Shown one piece after another: positions 50,194 through 59,520 of a stretch of DNA of 64,000 nucleotides. The notes under the pieces are model-generated. The model was given only the letters and a program-made list of their open reading frames with translations, was not told where the DNA came from and searched no databases. Positions within the stretch are counted from its first letter, which is position 1. The number at the start of each line of letters is the position of its first letter. Source of the DNA: Terrimicrobiaceae bacterium (GTDB lineage Bacteria > Verrucomicrobiota > Verrucomicrobiia > Chthoniobacterales > Terrimicrobiaceae); contig JBGSVZ010000035.1 in assembly GCA_041752695.1 (NCBI GenBank), forward strand, positions 125,618 to 189,617. Reading direction: 5' to 3'. Position numbers and translations under genes: made by a program.

Positions 50194-51900
50194 ATGAAAG
50201 TCCTTATTGTTTACGTCGGTCAAGGAAGCACCGAAAACTATGAACACGGCATTCAAAATGGCGTATGGGGCTTCAAGCCTAACAAGCGCCCTAATATTGA
50301 GTTCGGTCCGGGCGACTACATCTTGTTTGGTCGAGACTTTAAGGGCGGATCACCTCGCTTGCCGGCAACCGAATGGACGAAACACAGCCTTGGAGAAATC
50401 GCCTGGGCAAAAATTACCTCGAAATTAGAGCTCAAGACAGCGCTTGAGTGGCCAGATGAGCACCGAACATCGAAAGTAATTTACCCATTTCGCCTCACAT
50501 TTATTGATACGAAAAGGCTTAAGCGTAACATAGAACTTTCTGGAAATGATCAACTCACCGCCGATCTTTCCGAAGCACTTCGTCTTTCAGCAATATCGAA
50601 CTGCGGATATGTCCGCGAATTGGAAAAATGGCCATTTGACTCAAATCAAACGCAAAACGTATCACCCACGGCAGCAGAACTTCCACCCACAACCACCCCT
50701 TCTTCGTCCAAGATCCAGCCATCGACGGGGGACGTCTTAATCGAAATCGGAAGCTTTATCGCGTCCCGAGGCTTTGCCTTTAATACAGGCGTGCTTCGGG
50801 CCTTATATGCGTCACTTCGGGCTAAACCATTTGTTATCCTCGCTGGCAATTCCGGCACAGGAAAGTCGCGCTTGGTTCGTTTGTTTGCAGAAGCGACTGG
50901 AGCAACAGTTGCGAATGGACAGTTTACGATGATTCCCGTCCGACCGGATTGGAACGACAGTTCCGAGCTTCTTGGCTTCTTTGATCTGAACGGCGACTTC
51001 GTGCCAGGACAACTTATTGCTCCGCTAATCTTGGCCCACCTCAACCCGACGAAACCGTTCTTTGTGTGCCTCGATGAGATGAATCTCGCCCGAGTCGAGC
51101 ATTACTTCTCTGATTTTCTTAGCATCATCGAGTCGCGGCGCAAGCAAGGAACCTCTATCAAAACAGACCCAATCCTAAAAGCGGCCAACTTACAGAAAAT
51201 GAAAACAGATGGCCTTCCGGCATCCGCGCTAGAGGCACTCAACCATTTAAAGAGCCGTAGTGAATCGCTAGGATTGCCCGATAATCTTTTTATATTCGGT
51301 ACAGTAAACATGGATGAGACCACGCAGCCTTTCAGCCGCAAAGTGCTCGACCGCGCGAATACGATAGAGTTCAACGATATCGATCTACTTCAAGGTCTCG
51401 ACGAAGACGTTTCAGCGTCGGATGTTCCACCGCTGGAGCTTGGGCAATCATTCTTCAGTCCGGAGTTCACGACTCTCAACGACCTGCTGCCGCTTCACCA
51501 AGTAAAGGCCAAGCAGATTGCCCAGACGATCAGCGACCTGAACCACGACCTAGGCCCCGCAGGCTTCGAAGCTGGCTATCGAGTCCGAGATGAAGCAATT
51601 TCCTTCGCGGTCTATGCCAGCGATGCTGGATTAAACGATGACGAGATTAAGGCAGCGATTGTGCTACAGAAGATTCTCCCGCGTGTTCATGGCAGTTCGC
51701 CACGAGTTGAGAAGCTGCTCATAAGTTTATTGAAGAGACTGAAGGGTGAATCTGAAGTGCCTGACCAAAACGATCCTGAACTCGATCAAAGGCTCGCAAC
51801 TCTACGGGTCGATGCCAATGCCTCCGCCATTGTCCGCAAGATCGCCGGAATGCTGATCCTGTTCCGCGAGGAAAACTTCACCTCGTTCTGGCTTGCCTAA
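50194..51900 (+). CDS. McrB-like AAA+ GTPase with an N-terminal EVE/PUA-like domain
   Basis: GNSGTGKS, VRPDWND, DEMNLAR.EHYFS, GTVNMDET, SRKVLDRAN; N-terminal GVWG...GD.ILF...WPDE...YPFR. Confidence 0.9.
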   Translation: MKVLIVYVGQGSTENYEHGIQNGVWGFKPNKRPNIEFGPGDYILFGRDFKGGSPRLPATEWTKHSLGEIAWAKITSKLELKTALEWPDEHRTSKVIYPFRLTFIDTKRLKRNIELSGNDQLTADLSEALRLSAISNCGYVRELEKWPFDSNQTQNVSPTAAELPPTTTPSSSKIQPSTGDVLIEIGSFIASRGFAFNTGVLRALYASLRAKPFVILAGNSGTGKSRLVRLFAEATGATVANGQFTMIPVRPDWNDSSELLGFFDLNGDFVPGQLIAPLILAHLNPTKPFFVCLDEMNLARVEHYFSDFLSIIESRRKQGTSIKTDPILKAANLQKMKTDGLPASALEALNHLKSRSESLGLPDNLFIFGTVNMDETTQPFSRKVLDRANTIEFNDIDLLQGLDEDVSASDVPPLELGQSFFSPEFTTLNDLLPLHQVKAKQIAQTISDLNHDLGPAGFEAGYRVRDEAISFAVYASDAGLNDDEIKAAIVLQKILPRVHGSSPRVEKLLISLLKRLKGESEVPDQNDPELDQRLATLRVDANASAIVRKIAGMLILFREENFTSFWLA

Positions 51901-51902
51901 GT

Positions 51903-54449
51903 ATGAAACTGGAAGGCGATCTCATCACCCTCTCACTTCCTGGGGTCGCCGAGTTTTCCATCGTCGGGCCGTCACCTGAGGCAAACCTCAACGCCAGCCC
52001 TGCCTTGGCGAGAACCAGTCTGACATCGATTGGAACAGGGGCCTCCGCCACATTATCGGTGCTCTCTGAGCTAATCGAGGGTGGACGCTCGATCAGCACC
52101 GTTCCATTTCTCTTCGAACAGACGACGTATCAGCTTCATTTGGTGGTCGAGGCTACAGTCGGGCCACCCGTGAAGATGCTGTTGCGTGGCACAGACTTGC
52201 TGGAGGGTCGTCGCCGCATCGGCAATCAGCAGGCTTACGTAGTTCCTGTGAACTTCCAGTCTGAAGTGGGATACACCGATCTGGAAGTATGGCGAGGTGA
52301 GATGCGCCTCTTTGCACTACGGCTTGAAGTCTTTCCCACCAAACTGGACTACCGGACAGATCTGCTCGAACTGCGCGCCGATCTACAGATGGAGGTGCGT
52401 TCGCTGGTCTTTGAACTCTATGGGCGGACCTTCCAGATGTTACGCCGTGGTGCACGGTCCCGCCCCAAGGACATCGACTGGCTGGCGATGCTGAGGGAGG
52501 AGTTTAGCCGGATGGTCCGGGCCTTGGAAACGATTGTTCGTTCGCCCCTGCAACGTGTGGAGGTCACTCATGAACTCGCACGAGCGAACCGGGCATCACG
52601 ACCAAGTACCGCGGTGCGACAATATCTACGCCGAAACGCCAGCAAATGTGCTCCTGCTGCCAACGGCCACTTTACTGCCCATGGTCGCTCCTGGGTTTCG
52701 CCACAGCTGCCCTATCTGAGAAAGACACTCACAGCAGACACCCCGGAAAATTGTTTTGTTGCGGGTGCCATCGGAAAGATGCGAAGCCGACTGCGTCGCC
52801 TGCTCGGTCAGTTGGCCGGCGTGCAAAAACGCGAGAGGTTTGCTTCCTGGACAGGGTTTCTTGAAGAAGCCGACCATCGGCTGCGCCATTTCCAAACGCA
52901 GACTTTCCTGGCAGAATTGTCGGGACCGCATACGCATGTCTCTCCGACGTTGGCGCTGCATCTCACGCCCGGTTATCGCGAGTTTTTCAGCTCCTCTATG
53001 GCTCTCGATTCCGTTCTCGAAATCGGTGGCGGGCCTCTAGAGATGCCCGAGAAAGACCTCGCGACGCTTTACGAGTTGTGGTGCTTCGTCGCTTTGGCGG
53101 GAATTTTGCGCGAGGAGTTGAAGTTGACAGTGCGCCAACCAACGTGGCTCAAAGTGACCCAGCGTCGGGTGTCTCTCGAGTTGGTGAAAGGCAAGCGCTC
53201 AGTTCTAAGTATGGAAAAAGACGGCGAGGAGATTCTTCGAGTGATCTACAACGGCGAAGACTCGACACCCACAGGAGACTGCAAGCCCGACAATACCCTG
53301 GAAATCTTCAAGCAGGGACAAGCGCAGCCATACCGGTATGTCTTCGACGCCAAATACCGACTGCAGTCTGATCCGACCTATCTCAAGACGTATCTCGCGC
53401 CCGGGCCGCCTCCAGATGCCATTCATCGGATGCATGCCTACCGCGACCAAATTGTCGCAAAACAGCTGTCGAGTTCTGGGACGCGACCGGCGGAGTCGAC
53501 CGTCTGGGATTTGGGATACCGCCAATGGGTTCAACAGACAATCGGCGCTTTCGTACTCTACCCTTATGCGGGCGAGGATGCTGCCAAAAACCGATTCGTC
53601 CAGGCCATCAGTGAGGTGGGCGTTGGCGGGGTTCCGTTTTTGCCGTCACGTCGCGAAGAGGTGACGAAGCTCTTAAAGCGCATTATCGAAATGTCCGCCG
53701 ACGCCGTCGAGGATACTTCGGTGGTGCTTAGTACGACCGATGAGCGCCATCGCATCGAAATGGCTCATGAATACGGGCTCATTGCTGTAGTTCCAACCCG
53801 GTCCCACCTTGATTATATTCTAGCGAATGGCATCTACCATTCGCCCTACGACAAACATAAGAAGTGGGGACTGCGTCTGCGGGCGGACTTCGTCCTCTTC
53901 ATTCTGAGCGAGACGAGTTTTCCGGGACAAAGTGGCGTTGCCTACGAAGCCGCAATCAAGTCCGTGCATTTCGGCGAACGGCGGGAGATCGACCCGCAGC
54001 CCCCTACTTCCTCTCAGGGTTCAAGCGATCAAAGACCCTACATTTGGTTCCGTCTGGACAGCCCGAAGCCTGTGGTTCCTGTGCGAAAGTATGTAAAGCC
54101 GATGCCTCGGTTTGCTTTCACCACGCGGCTCGCTTTCAACGAAGCGGAGAATGTCGCCGGTTTACTGCTCATCCGAGAACCGGAGCGGCGCTTCTATCGC
54201 GAGTGTCGCAACGCTGGATTCGAAGTTGCAGTCCACGATGAATCCATCGGCAGCGAGCAGGTTTTCGACATTGGGCAATTACGGTTGAGGTTCACAATTG
54301 CGCAAGAAGGGCGGGACGCCGTTCAAGTGCGCTTTGATCCATGGACAGCAACTTTCAAAGCTCCCGACAGGAGTTTCACGTGGACGCAATTGATGTTCCG
54401 GCCTGAGGAGTGCATGGAGCAGCTTGGTGTTTCGGCCAACCTGTGTTAA
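51903..54449 (+). CDS. McrC-like DUF2357 + PD-(D/E)XK nuclease with a C-terminal extension
   Basis: NFQSEVG, EVFPTKLDY, DTPENCFV, LYELWCF, KPD...FDAKYR, MHAYRD. Confidence 0.88.
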   Translation: MKLEGDLITLSLPGVAEFSIVGPSPEANLNASPALARTSLTSIGTGASATLSVLSELIEGGRSISTVPFLFEQTTYQLHLVVEATVGPPVKMLLRGTDLLEGRRRIGNQQAYVVPVNFQSEVGYTDLEVWRGEMRLFALRLEVFPTKLDYRTDLLELRADLQMEVRSLVFELYGRTFQMLRRGARSRPKDIDWLAMLREEFSRMVRALETIVRSPLQRVEVTHELARANRASRPSTAVRQYLRRNASKCAPAANGHFTAHGRSWVSPQLPYLRKTLTADTPENCFVAGAIGKMRSRLRRLLGQLAGVQKRERFASWTGFLEEADHRLRHFQTQTFLAELSGPHTHVSPTLALHLTPGYREFFSSSMALDSVLEIGGGPLEMPEKDLATLYELWCFVALAGILREELKLTVRQPTWLKVTQRRVSLELVKGKRSVLSMEKDGEEILRVIYNGEDSTPTGDCKPDNTLEIFKQGQAQPYRYVFDAKYRLQSDPTYLKTYLAPGPPPDAIHRMHAYRDQIVAKQLSSSGTRPAESTVWDLGYRQWVQQTIGAFVLYPYAGEDAAKNRFVQAISEVGVGGVPFLPSRREEVTKLLKRIIEMSADAVEDTSVVLSTTDERHRIEMAHEYGLIAVVPTRSHLDYILANGIYHSPYDKHKKWGLRLRADFVLFILSETSFPGQSGVAYEAAIKSVHFGERREIDPQPPTSSQGSSDQRPYIWFRLDSPKPVVPVRKYVKPMPRFAFTTRLAFNEAENVAGLLLIREPERRFYRECRNAGFEVAVHDESIGSEQVFDIGQLRLRFTIAQEGRDAVQVRFDPWTATFKAPDRSFTWTQLMFRPEECMEQLGVSANLC

Positions 54450-54642
54450 TTTTCCGCGCCCATAGGCACCATTTTAGCCGACACGCCCATTGAGAATACG
54501 GAAGCAGGCATGTTGATGCACAAGGGTGCGGACGAGCGCCTCTAGGAGCACCGAAAGGCGGAAAGCGCACATTTTCACGGGCCGGGCGTCTTGATGTCTA
54601 TGATCCGGCAGGAGGCTTGCCCATAGATAAATCCAGAGTAGA

Positions 54643-55437
54643 TTGGGTCCTGCGAACACGGAAAAACCACTTTTCACCATCCGCCTCACCGGCGAGGGGC
54701 TTCATCCCCACCTGATCCCGGCGAGCGATCTTGCGCAGTTGCTGGTCGCGGCGGAGCAGACCGTGCTGGCGATTGCCACCCGGGAACATCCCGAAGAATC
54801 GGAAGACCTGATTGTCGGCCTCTCCCACGTCGTGGACGCGAGTATCGGGTTTGCCTTCACCAGCAATCGGCCGGATCTCGCCCGTTCCGCCTACACGGAA
54901 CTCACCACCGCCACCTCGAACCGGCTCTTTCGCAGCCTTCCGGCCCGAAGTCTGGAGGGACTGCGCACCCTCACCACCTTTGCCCGCCAGCGAAACGGGC
55001 GCACCCAGTTTTGGAACGGCAACGGCAACCTCCCGACTCTGGACCTGCCTCCGGAATTCGGGATCGATATTCCCGCGCCGGAATATCAACGCGGGGAGAC
55101 GGTCTTCCACGGAAAGATCGAATGGGTCGGCGGGGTGCGACCCCGGGTGCGACTGCGGGTGTCCGACCGGCAGGTGGTTTATGGCGACGTGTCGGAGGAA
55201 CAGAGCCGGGAACTCGGAAGCCAGCTTTACTCCCATGCGGCGCTACGCGGGCAAGCCACATGGGATGCGCAGGATGGATCTGTCGTCTATTTTCGGGTGG
55301 AGGAAATCCTGCGCTACGAACGAGTCAAGGTGAGCGGAGCTTTCGAGGAACTGCGCAAAGCCGTCGGTGGAGCCTATGACCAGATTGAAGATATCGATCT
55401 CTTCGCCAGTCGCGTGAGGGAAGGTGATCTGCCGTGA
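54643..55437 (+). CDS. Hypothetical protein, putative partner of the PIN protein
   Basis: 264-aa ORF with a beta-rich C-terminus; GTGA overlap with the PIN gene; start uncertain. Confidence 0.7.
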   Translation: MGPANTEKPLFTIRLTGEGLHPHLIPASDLAQLLVAAEQTVLAIATREHPEESEDLIVGLSHVVDASIGFAFTSNRPDLARSAYTELTTATSNRLFRSLPARSLEGLRTLTTFARQRNGRTQFWNGNGNLPTLDLPPEFGIDIPAPEYQRGETVFHGKIEWVGGVRPRVRLRVSDRQVVYGDVSEEQSRELGSQLYSHAALRGQATWDAQDGSVVYFRVEEILRYERVKVSGAFEELRKAVGGAYDQIEDIDLFASRVREGDLP

Positions 55438-55937
55438 AGCGGGCCTGGCTCGACAACCACGTGCTGATTTCGGGCGTGCGCGGCGTCGCCACACCGGGTC
55501 AGGAAGGAATGATCAATCGCGCCCAATGCCTATTTGAAGACCTCGATGCCACCGACGCAGATATCCTCGTGCCTGCGATTGTCGTGGCCGAGTTCCTCGC
55601 CGGGGTTCGAAAGCCGCAGCATGTCGGCCTGCTCGACGTGCTGAATCGCCGGTTCCAGGTCGTGCCTTTCGACGCGCGGACGGCGGCCATCGCAGCCGAA
55701 CTCTGGCGCGAGGCCGCCGAACGCAATCCCCATCTCCGGGATCAGATTCGCGAAGCCTTCCCCGGCACCGAGCGGGCGAAGATCAAGGCCGATCTTATGA
55801 TTCTGGCCAGCGCACTCGCACGCGGGGCGGACGTTCTCTACACCCACGACGGTCCGCTGAAAATCGCCGCTGACGGCCGGATCGCAGTGCGCGAGCTTCC
55901 AGCTCCGCGACCCAAGCAGGAAGACCTTCCCCTTTAA
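55434..55937 (+). CDS. PIN domain nuclease
   Basis: WLDNH, IVVAEF, KADLMILASA, LYTHD acidic tetrad. Confidence 0.85.
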   Translation: MKRAWLDNHVLISGVRGVATPGQEGMINRAQCLFEDLDATDADILVPAIVVAEFLAGVRKPQHVGLLDVLNRRFQVVPFDARTAAIAAELWREAAERNPHLRDQIREAFPGTERAKIKADLMILASALARGADVLYTHDGPLKIAADGRIAVRELPAPRPKQEDLPL

Positions 55938-56050
55938 TCCGCGAAGAAGGGTAGCCGATTCACGACAAGTGAATACCCTGAGCCGTCTGCTTGTTCTCTC
56001 CTTCCCTTTCCGGGGAACATTTTGGCAAGAGACATCTCCTGCGTCGGCCT

Positions 56051-56183
56051 TTATCCGCGCCCATCCGTCCCATTTGATTCGCTTTGCTCACCCTTGCAGG
56101 GCTGCCTTCGGCAGTCTGTTTGATTCGCCTCTGGCTCAGATCTACGCTGACGCTCCGGTTGGCTTTGCTCGGCTGCGGTCAAA
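56051..56183. repeat. Mosaic of short repeats at the right island border
   Basis: TTTGATTCGC twice, GCTTTGCTC twice, GGCTGCC-TTC-GGCAGTC hairpin. Confidence 0.45.
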
Positions 56184-56203
56184 TTCTTCGGAAGAGTTCC
56201 GGC

Positions 56204-57520
56204 TCAGATCCTGACCAAGCGCATCACCTCCCGGAAAACCGGACTGAATTCCTCCGGACTCCGCTCCAACCATCCCCTCACCTGCGCGAGGGGGAAAAAG
56301 GCGGCGGTCTCGATTTCCAGCGGCGCGAGAACAAAAGGACCTTCGTGCTCGCCGCGGAAGACCTCAATAAATTCCCACCCGGTGGCTTCCGAGCAGGGGA
56401 GCTTGCCCATCGGCACCAAGGGGCAGGACACCCCGATCTCTTCCCGAAGTTCACGCTCGGCGGCGGCGGCGTAGGTTTCTCCCGAGTCCACGTGACCGGC
56501 CGCAGCCGAGTCCCAGAGGCCGGGATTACGGTCCTTCCAGATCGAGCGCTTTTGCAGAAGAATTTCTCCGGCCGCATTGAAGATCACCATGTGTACAGCC
56601 CGATGGCGCAAGTTATTCACATGAACAAGTTCGCGTGCTTGCGAACCGACGACTTGGTCGTTCTCATCGACCACATCGAAGACTTCCTGCCCATTTTGGG
56701 GGAGGGCCGGTTGGACGAGGCGGGCAAATTCCTCCCACTGCGGAAGAGTGAGTTCCTCGGCCCGGACGGTCTCGGTGAGGCCCAGGGTGGCACACAGCTC
56801 CGGCCAGCGGGATTTGTAGTCCGGCAGGAGGTTGCGCAGCTGCTTGCGGCGTTCCGAGAAACCGCGACGCACCAGGGACTCGAAGAGCCCCTCGTCGCAG
56901 ACGGGAACATCACTCGCAGCTTTGCGGCGCATGGTGATCACGGCAGAGGAAACCTGAGGCTGCGGGTAGAAGACGGAGGCGGGAAGTTTGCGCTCGTAGC
57001 GGATGTCCCAGCGACGGGTGGAACACACACTCATGGCCCCAAAATCTTTTGTACCCGGAGAGGCATGCAGACGGGCCGCCACCTCGTGCTGAAGCGTGAG
57101 AACAAGGATTGATGCGGGTGAGAGGGCCGAGGCGAACTTGGCAATGAGCGGCGTGGAGACGTAGTAAGGCAGGTTGCCGACGAGTTTCACCGGACCGCGG
57201 CCAAAGAGGTTCCGCAGGTCAAATTTCAACGCATCCATGTGGAACAGTTCCACGCGGGCCCCGCGAAATTTCTCCTCCAGCCAGCGGACCATGGTGCCGT
57301 CTTTCTCGATCACCGTGACCTGGCACTCAGGACGGACAAGATATTCGGTGAGAGCGCCCAGGCCGGGACCGATCTCGACCAGATGGTCGCCGGGCTGGAT
57401 GTCGAGCTGGGACACGATCCAGCGGGCGAGATTTTGGTCGTGCAGAAAATTCTGGCCGAGACTTTGCCGGGGCCGTGTCTCGAGCACGGCGAGAGCACTT
57501 TGGATTTCGGTCAGGGTCAT
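56204..57520 (-). CDS. rsmA: 16S rRNA dimethyltransferase RsmA fused to a C-terminal NUDIX domain
   Basis: GQNFL, EIGPGLG, GNLPY; then HRAVH, GHVDSGETYAAAAERELREEIG (Nudix box). Confidence 0.92.
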   Translation of the reverse strand: MTLTEIQSALAVLETRPRQSLGQNFLHDQNLARWIVSQLDIQPGDHLVEIGPGLGALTEYLVRPECQVTVIEKDGTMVRWLEEKFRGARVELFHMDALKFDLRNLFGRGPVKLVGNLPYYVSTPLIAKFASALSPASILVLTLQHEVAARLHASPGTKDFGAMSVCSTRRWDIRYERKLPASVFYPQPQVSSAVITMRRKAASDVPVCDEGLFESLVRRGFSERRKQLRNLLPDYKSRWPELCATLGLTETVRAEELTLPQWEEFARLVQPALPQNGQEVFDVVDENDQVVGSQARELVHVNNLRHRAVHMVIFNAAGEILLQKRSIWKDRNPGLWDSAAAGHVDSGETYAAAAERELREEIGVSCPLVPMGKLPCSEATGWEFIEVFRGEHEGPFVLAPLEIETAAFFPLAQVRGWLERSPEEFSPVFREVMRLVRI

Positions 57521-57720
57521 GCCCATCCGATAGGGGAATTTCTCGGCATTCACAAACATCCCGTGCGTTAAACACGCGGTCCGCCAGCCTTCTTCGCAAG
57601 TTATTCACAGGGGAAAATTGTTCCACGCCCCGGGTGGGAGAGCGTTCCACGGTCAGTTCACCAATCCGTGGAAATGACCGCTTGAGACACGGCTCCGGAT
57701 GGGGCAGGCTCTGCCCGCCA

Positions 57721-58725
57721 ATGAAAAAATACGGTTGTGTCATCATTGCCCTCTTCCTTGCGGTTTGCGCGAGCATGTTTGTGAATTTGCTCCTCTTTGC
57801 CGCGCTGGTCGGGATGAAGGGATCCAACGTCGCGTCCATCCAGACGCTGCGGGAAAGAGAATTCGACGAAGTGGTGGTGCGCGAGGGTTCGGGGGGTGGC
57901 AAGATTGCCGTCATCCCGCTCGACGGTGTGATCGCCCACGGCGTCGCGGGCAGTCTCGGCGAAGACATGGTGGAGGATTTTAAGCTGGCACTCGCCCAGG
58001 CCCAGGCGGACCCGGAAGTGAAAGCGGTGGTGATTTCGATGGACAGCCCCGGGGGCGAGATCACGGCCTCCGATGTGCTTTACAACAGCCTGGGGCTTTT
58101 CAGCAAAAACAAACCCTCGGTGGTCTATTTCAATTCCGTGGGGGCTTCCGGCGCCTATTACACCGCGTGCGGCAGCAGCTACATCATGTGCAACGGCACC
58201 ACCTTCACAGGTTCCATCGGTGTCATCATCTCAACGCTCAATTATCGCGATCTTTTCGGGAAGGTCGGCCTGCAGTCGGTGGTCTTTAAGAGCGGCAAGT
58301 TTAAGGACATGTTGAATGGCGCGCGGGAAATGACGACGGACGAACAGTCCTACGTCCAAAGCCTGGTGATGCAGAGCTACGACCGTTTCGTCGGAATCGT
58401 GGCGAAAGCCCGGGGCCTGGACGAACAAACGCTGCGCACCGGGGTGGCCGACGGACGCATCCTCAGCGGCACGGACGCCTTTGCCGCCAAATTGGTCGAT
58501 CAACTCGGCTACATCGAGAACGCCTACGACAAAGCCCGCGAACTGGGCGGCGTGCCCGACGCACAAATTGTCCGCTATAAACGCACCGTCACCTTTGCTT
58601 CCTTCCTGCGGATGTTCGGGGAAGCCAAGGTAAAGTCCCCGGAGATCAAGGTCGATCTTCTGGAAGGGTTCCAGAAGCTCCAGCCGGGCCGGGTGTATTT
58701 GCTGCCGCCCTTCTTCGCCCCCTAA
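57721..58725 (+). CDS. sppA: Signal peptide peptidase SppA (S49)
   Basis: DSPGG, ASGAYY, TGSIGV, KSGKFKD. Confidence 0.9.
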   Translation: MKKYGCVIIALFLAVCASMFVNLLLFAALVGMKGSNVASIQTLREREFDEVVVREGSGGGKIAVIPLDGVIAHGVAGSLGEDMVEDFKLALAQAQADPEVKAVVISMDSPGGEITASDVLYNSLGLFSKNKPSVVYFNSVGASGAYYTACGSSYIMCNGTTFTGSIGVIISTLNYRDLFGKVGLQSVVFKSGKFKDMLNGAREMTTDEQSYVQSLVMQSYDRFVGIVAKARGLDEQTLRTGVADGRILSGTDAFAAKLVDQLGYIENAYDKARELGGVPDAQIVRYKRTVTFASFLRMFGEAKVKSPEIKVDLLEGFQKLQPGRVYLLPPFFAP

Positions 58726-58746
58726 CACCTTTAGGCCGGCATCCCC

Positions 58747-59520
58747 GTGGAAGTTGCTCTCATCTGCCTGCTCGGTCTGGCCGCCCTGGCCGGAGTCGCG
58801 TTTTTCATCCGCGTGGCCATGCGTCTGCCGGTACCCGCTCCCGCCCAGCCCGATTACGGGAGGGGGGATGCCGTTCTGGCCACCCTGCTCAGCCTCTGGT
58901 TTGTTTATCTGGTCGCCCAGACCTTCGGGCAAAAGATGACGGTCAATGCGGAGGCCATCACCGCGAGCATGGTGCTGTATTTCTGCATCGTCGCGGTCAT
59001 TTGCGGATTTTTGGTGGGCCGGGGACGGAATCCTGTCGCGCTCTTCGGGCTCAAGTGGCAACGATGGCAGCAGGGCATCCTTTTCGCCCTCGGAGCTCTC
59101 CTCGCGACGTATCCGGTGATTGCGCTCGCCATGCTCGTGACGAAAGCCCTCGGAATCTCCGGGGAGTCCCAGGACGCGGTGCTTTACCTGCAATCGGCCA
59201 GCACCCTGCAAGATCGCATTCCCATGATCGCGATGGCCGTGATCGTCGCCCCGGTCGCGGAGGAAACCATCTTCCGCGGTTATCTCCATGGGGTGATCCG
59301 CAAGTACGGCGGACACTGGTGCGCCATCGGCGTGAACTCCTTGCTTTTCGCCGCTATTCACGGACACGCCCCATCCCTCGGCGGCCTCTTCGTCCTCGCC
59401 GTGGCGCTGTCCTTGGTTTACGAACACACCGGCTCCCTTTGGGCCCCCATTGCCATGCATGCCACCTTCAACACCATCACCGTCGTCGCCGCTCTCGCAT
59501 GGCCGGACATGCTCCAGTAA
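58747..59520 (+). CDS. CPBP/Abi intramembrane protease
   Basis: EETIFRG, FAAIH, HATFN. Confidence 0.88.
   Translation: MEVALICLLGLAALAGVAFFIRVAMRLPVPAPAQPDYGRGDAVLATLLSLWFVYLVAQTFGQKMTVNAEAITASMVLYFCIVAVICGFLVGRGRNPVALFGLKWQRWQQGILFALGALLATYPVIALAMLVTKALGISGESQDAVLYLQSASTLQDRIPMIAMAVIVAPVAEETIFRGYLHGVIRKYGGHWCAIGVNSLLFAAIHGHAPSLGGLFVLAVALSLVYEHTGSLWAPIAMHATFNTITVVAALAWPDMLQ

Noticed and set aside
50194..51900. CoCoNuT system assignment
   Set aside because: No long coiled-coil in McrB and no helicase or coiled-coil partner gene visible
57619..57675. parS site
   Set aside because: Only GTTCCACG half-sites are present; no complete 16-bp palindrome
58747..59520. CPBP/Abi protease as a defence gene
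   Set aside because: It sits in a housekeeping run (sppA-thiL-corA) with backbone-like composition
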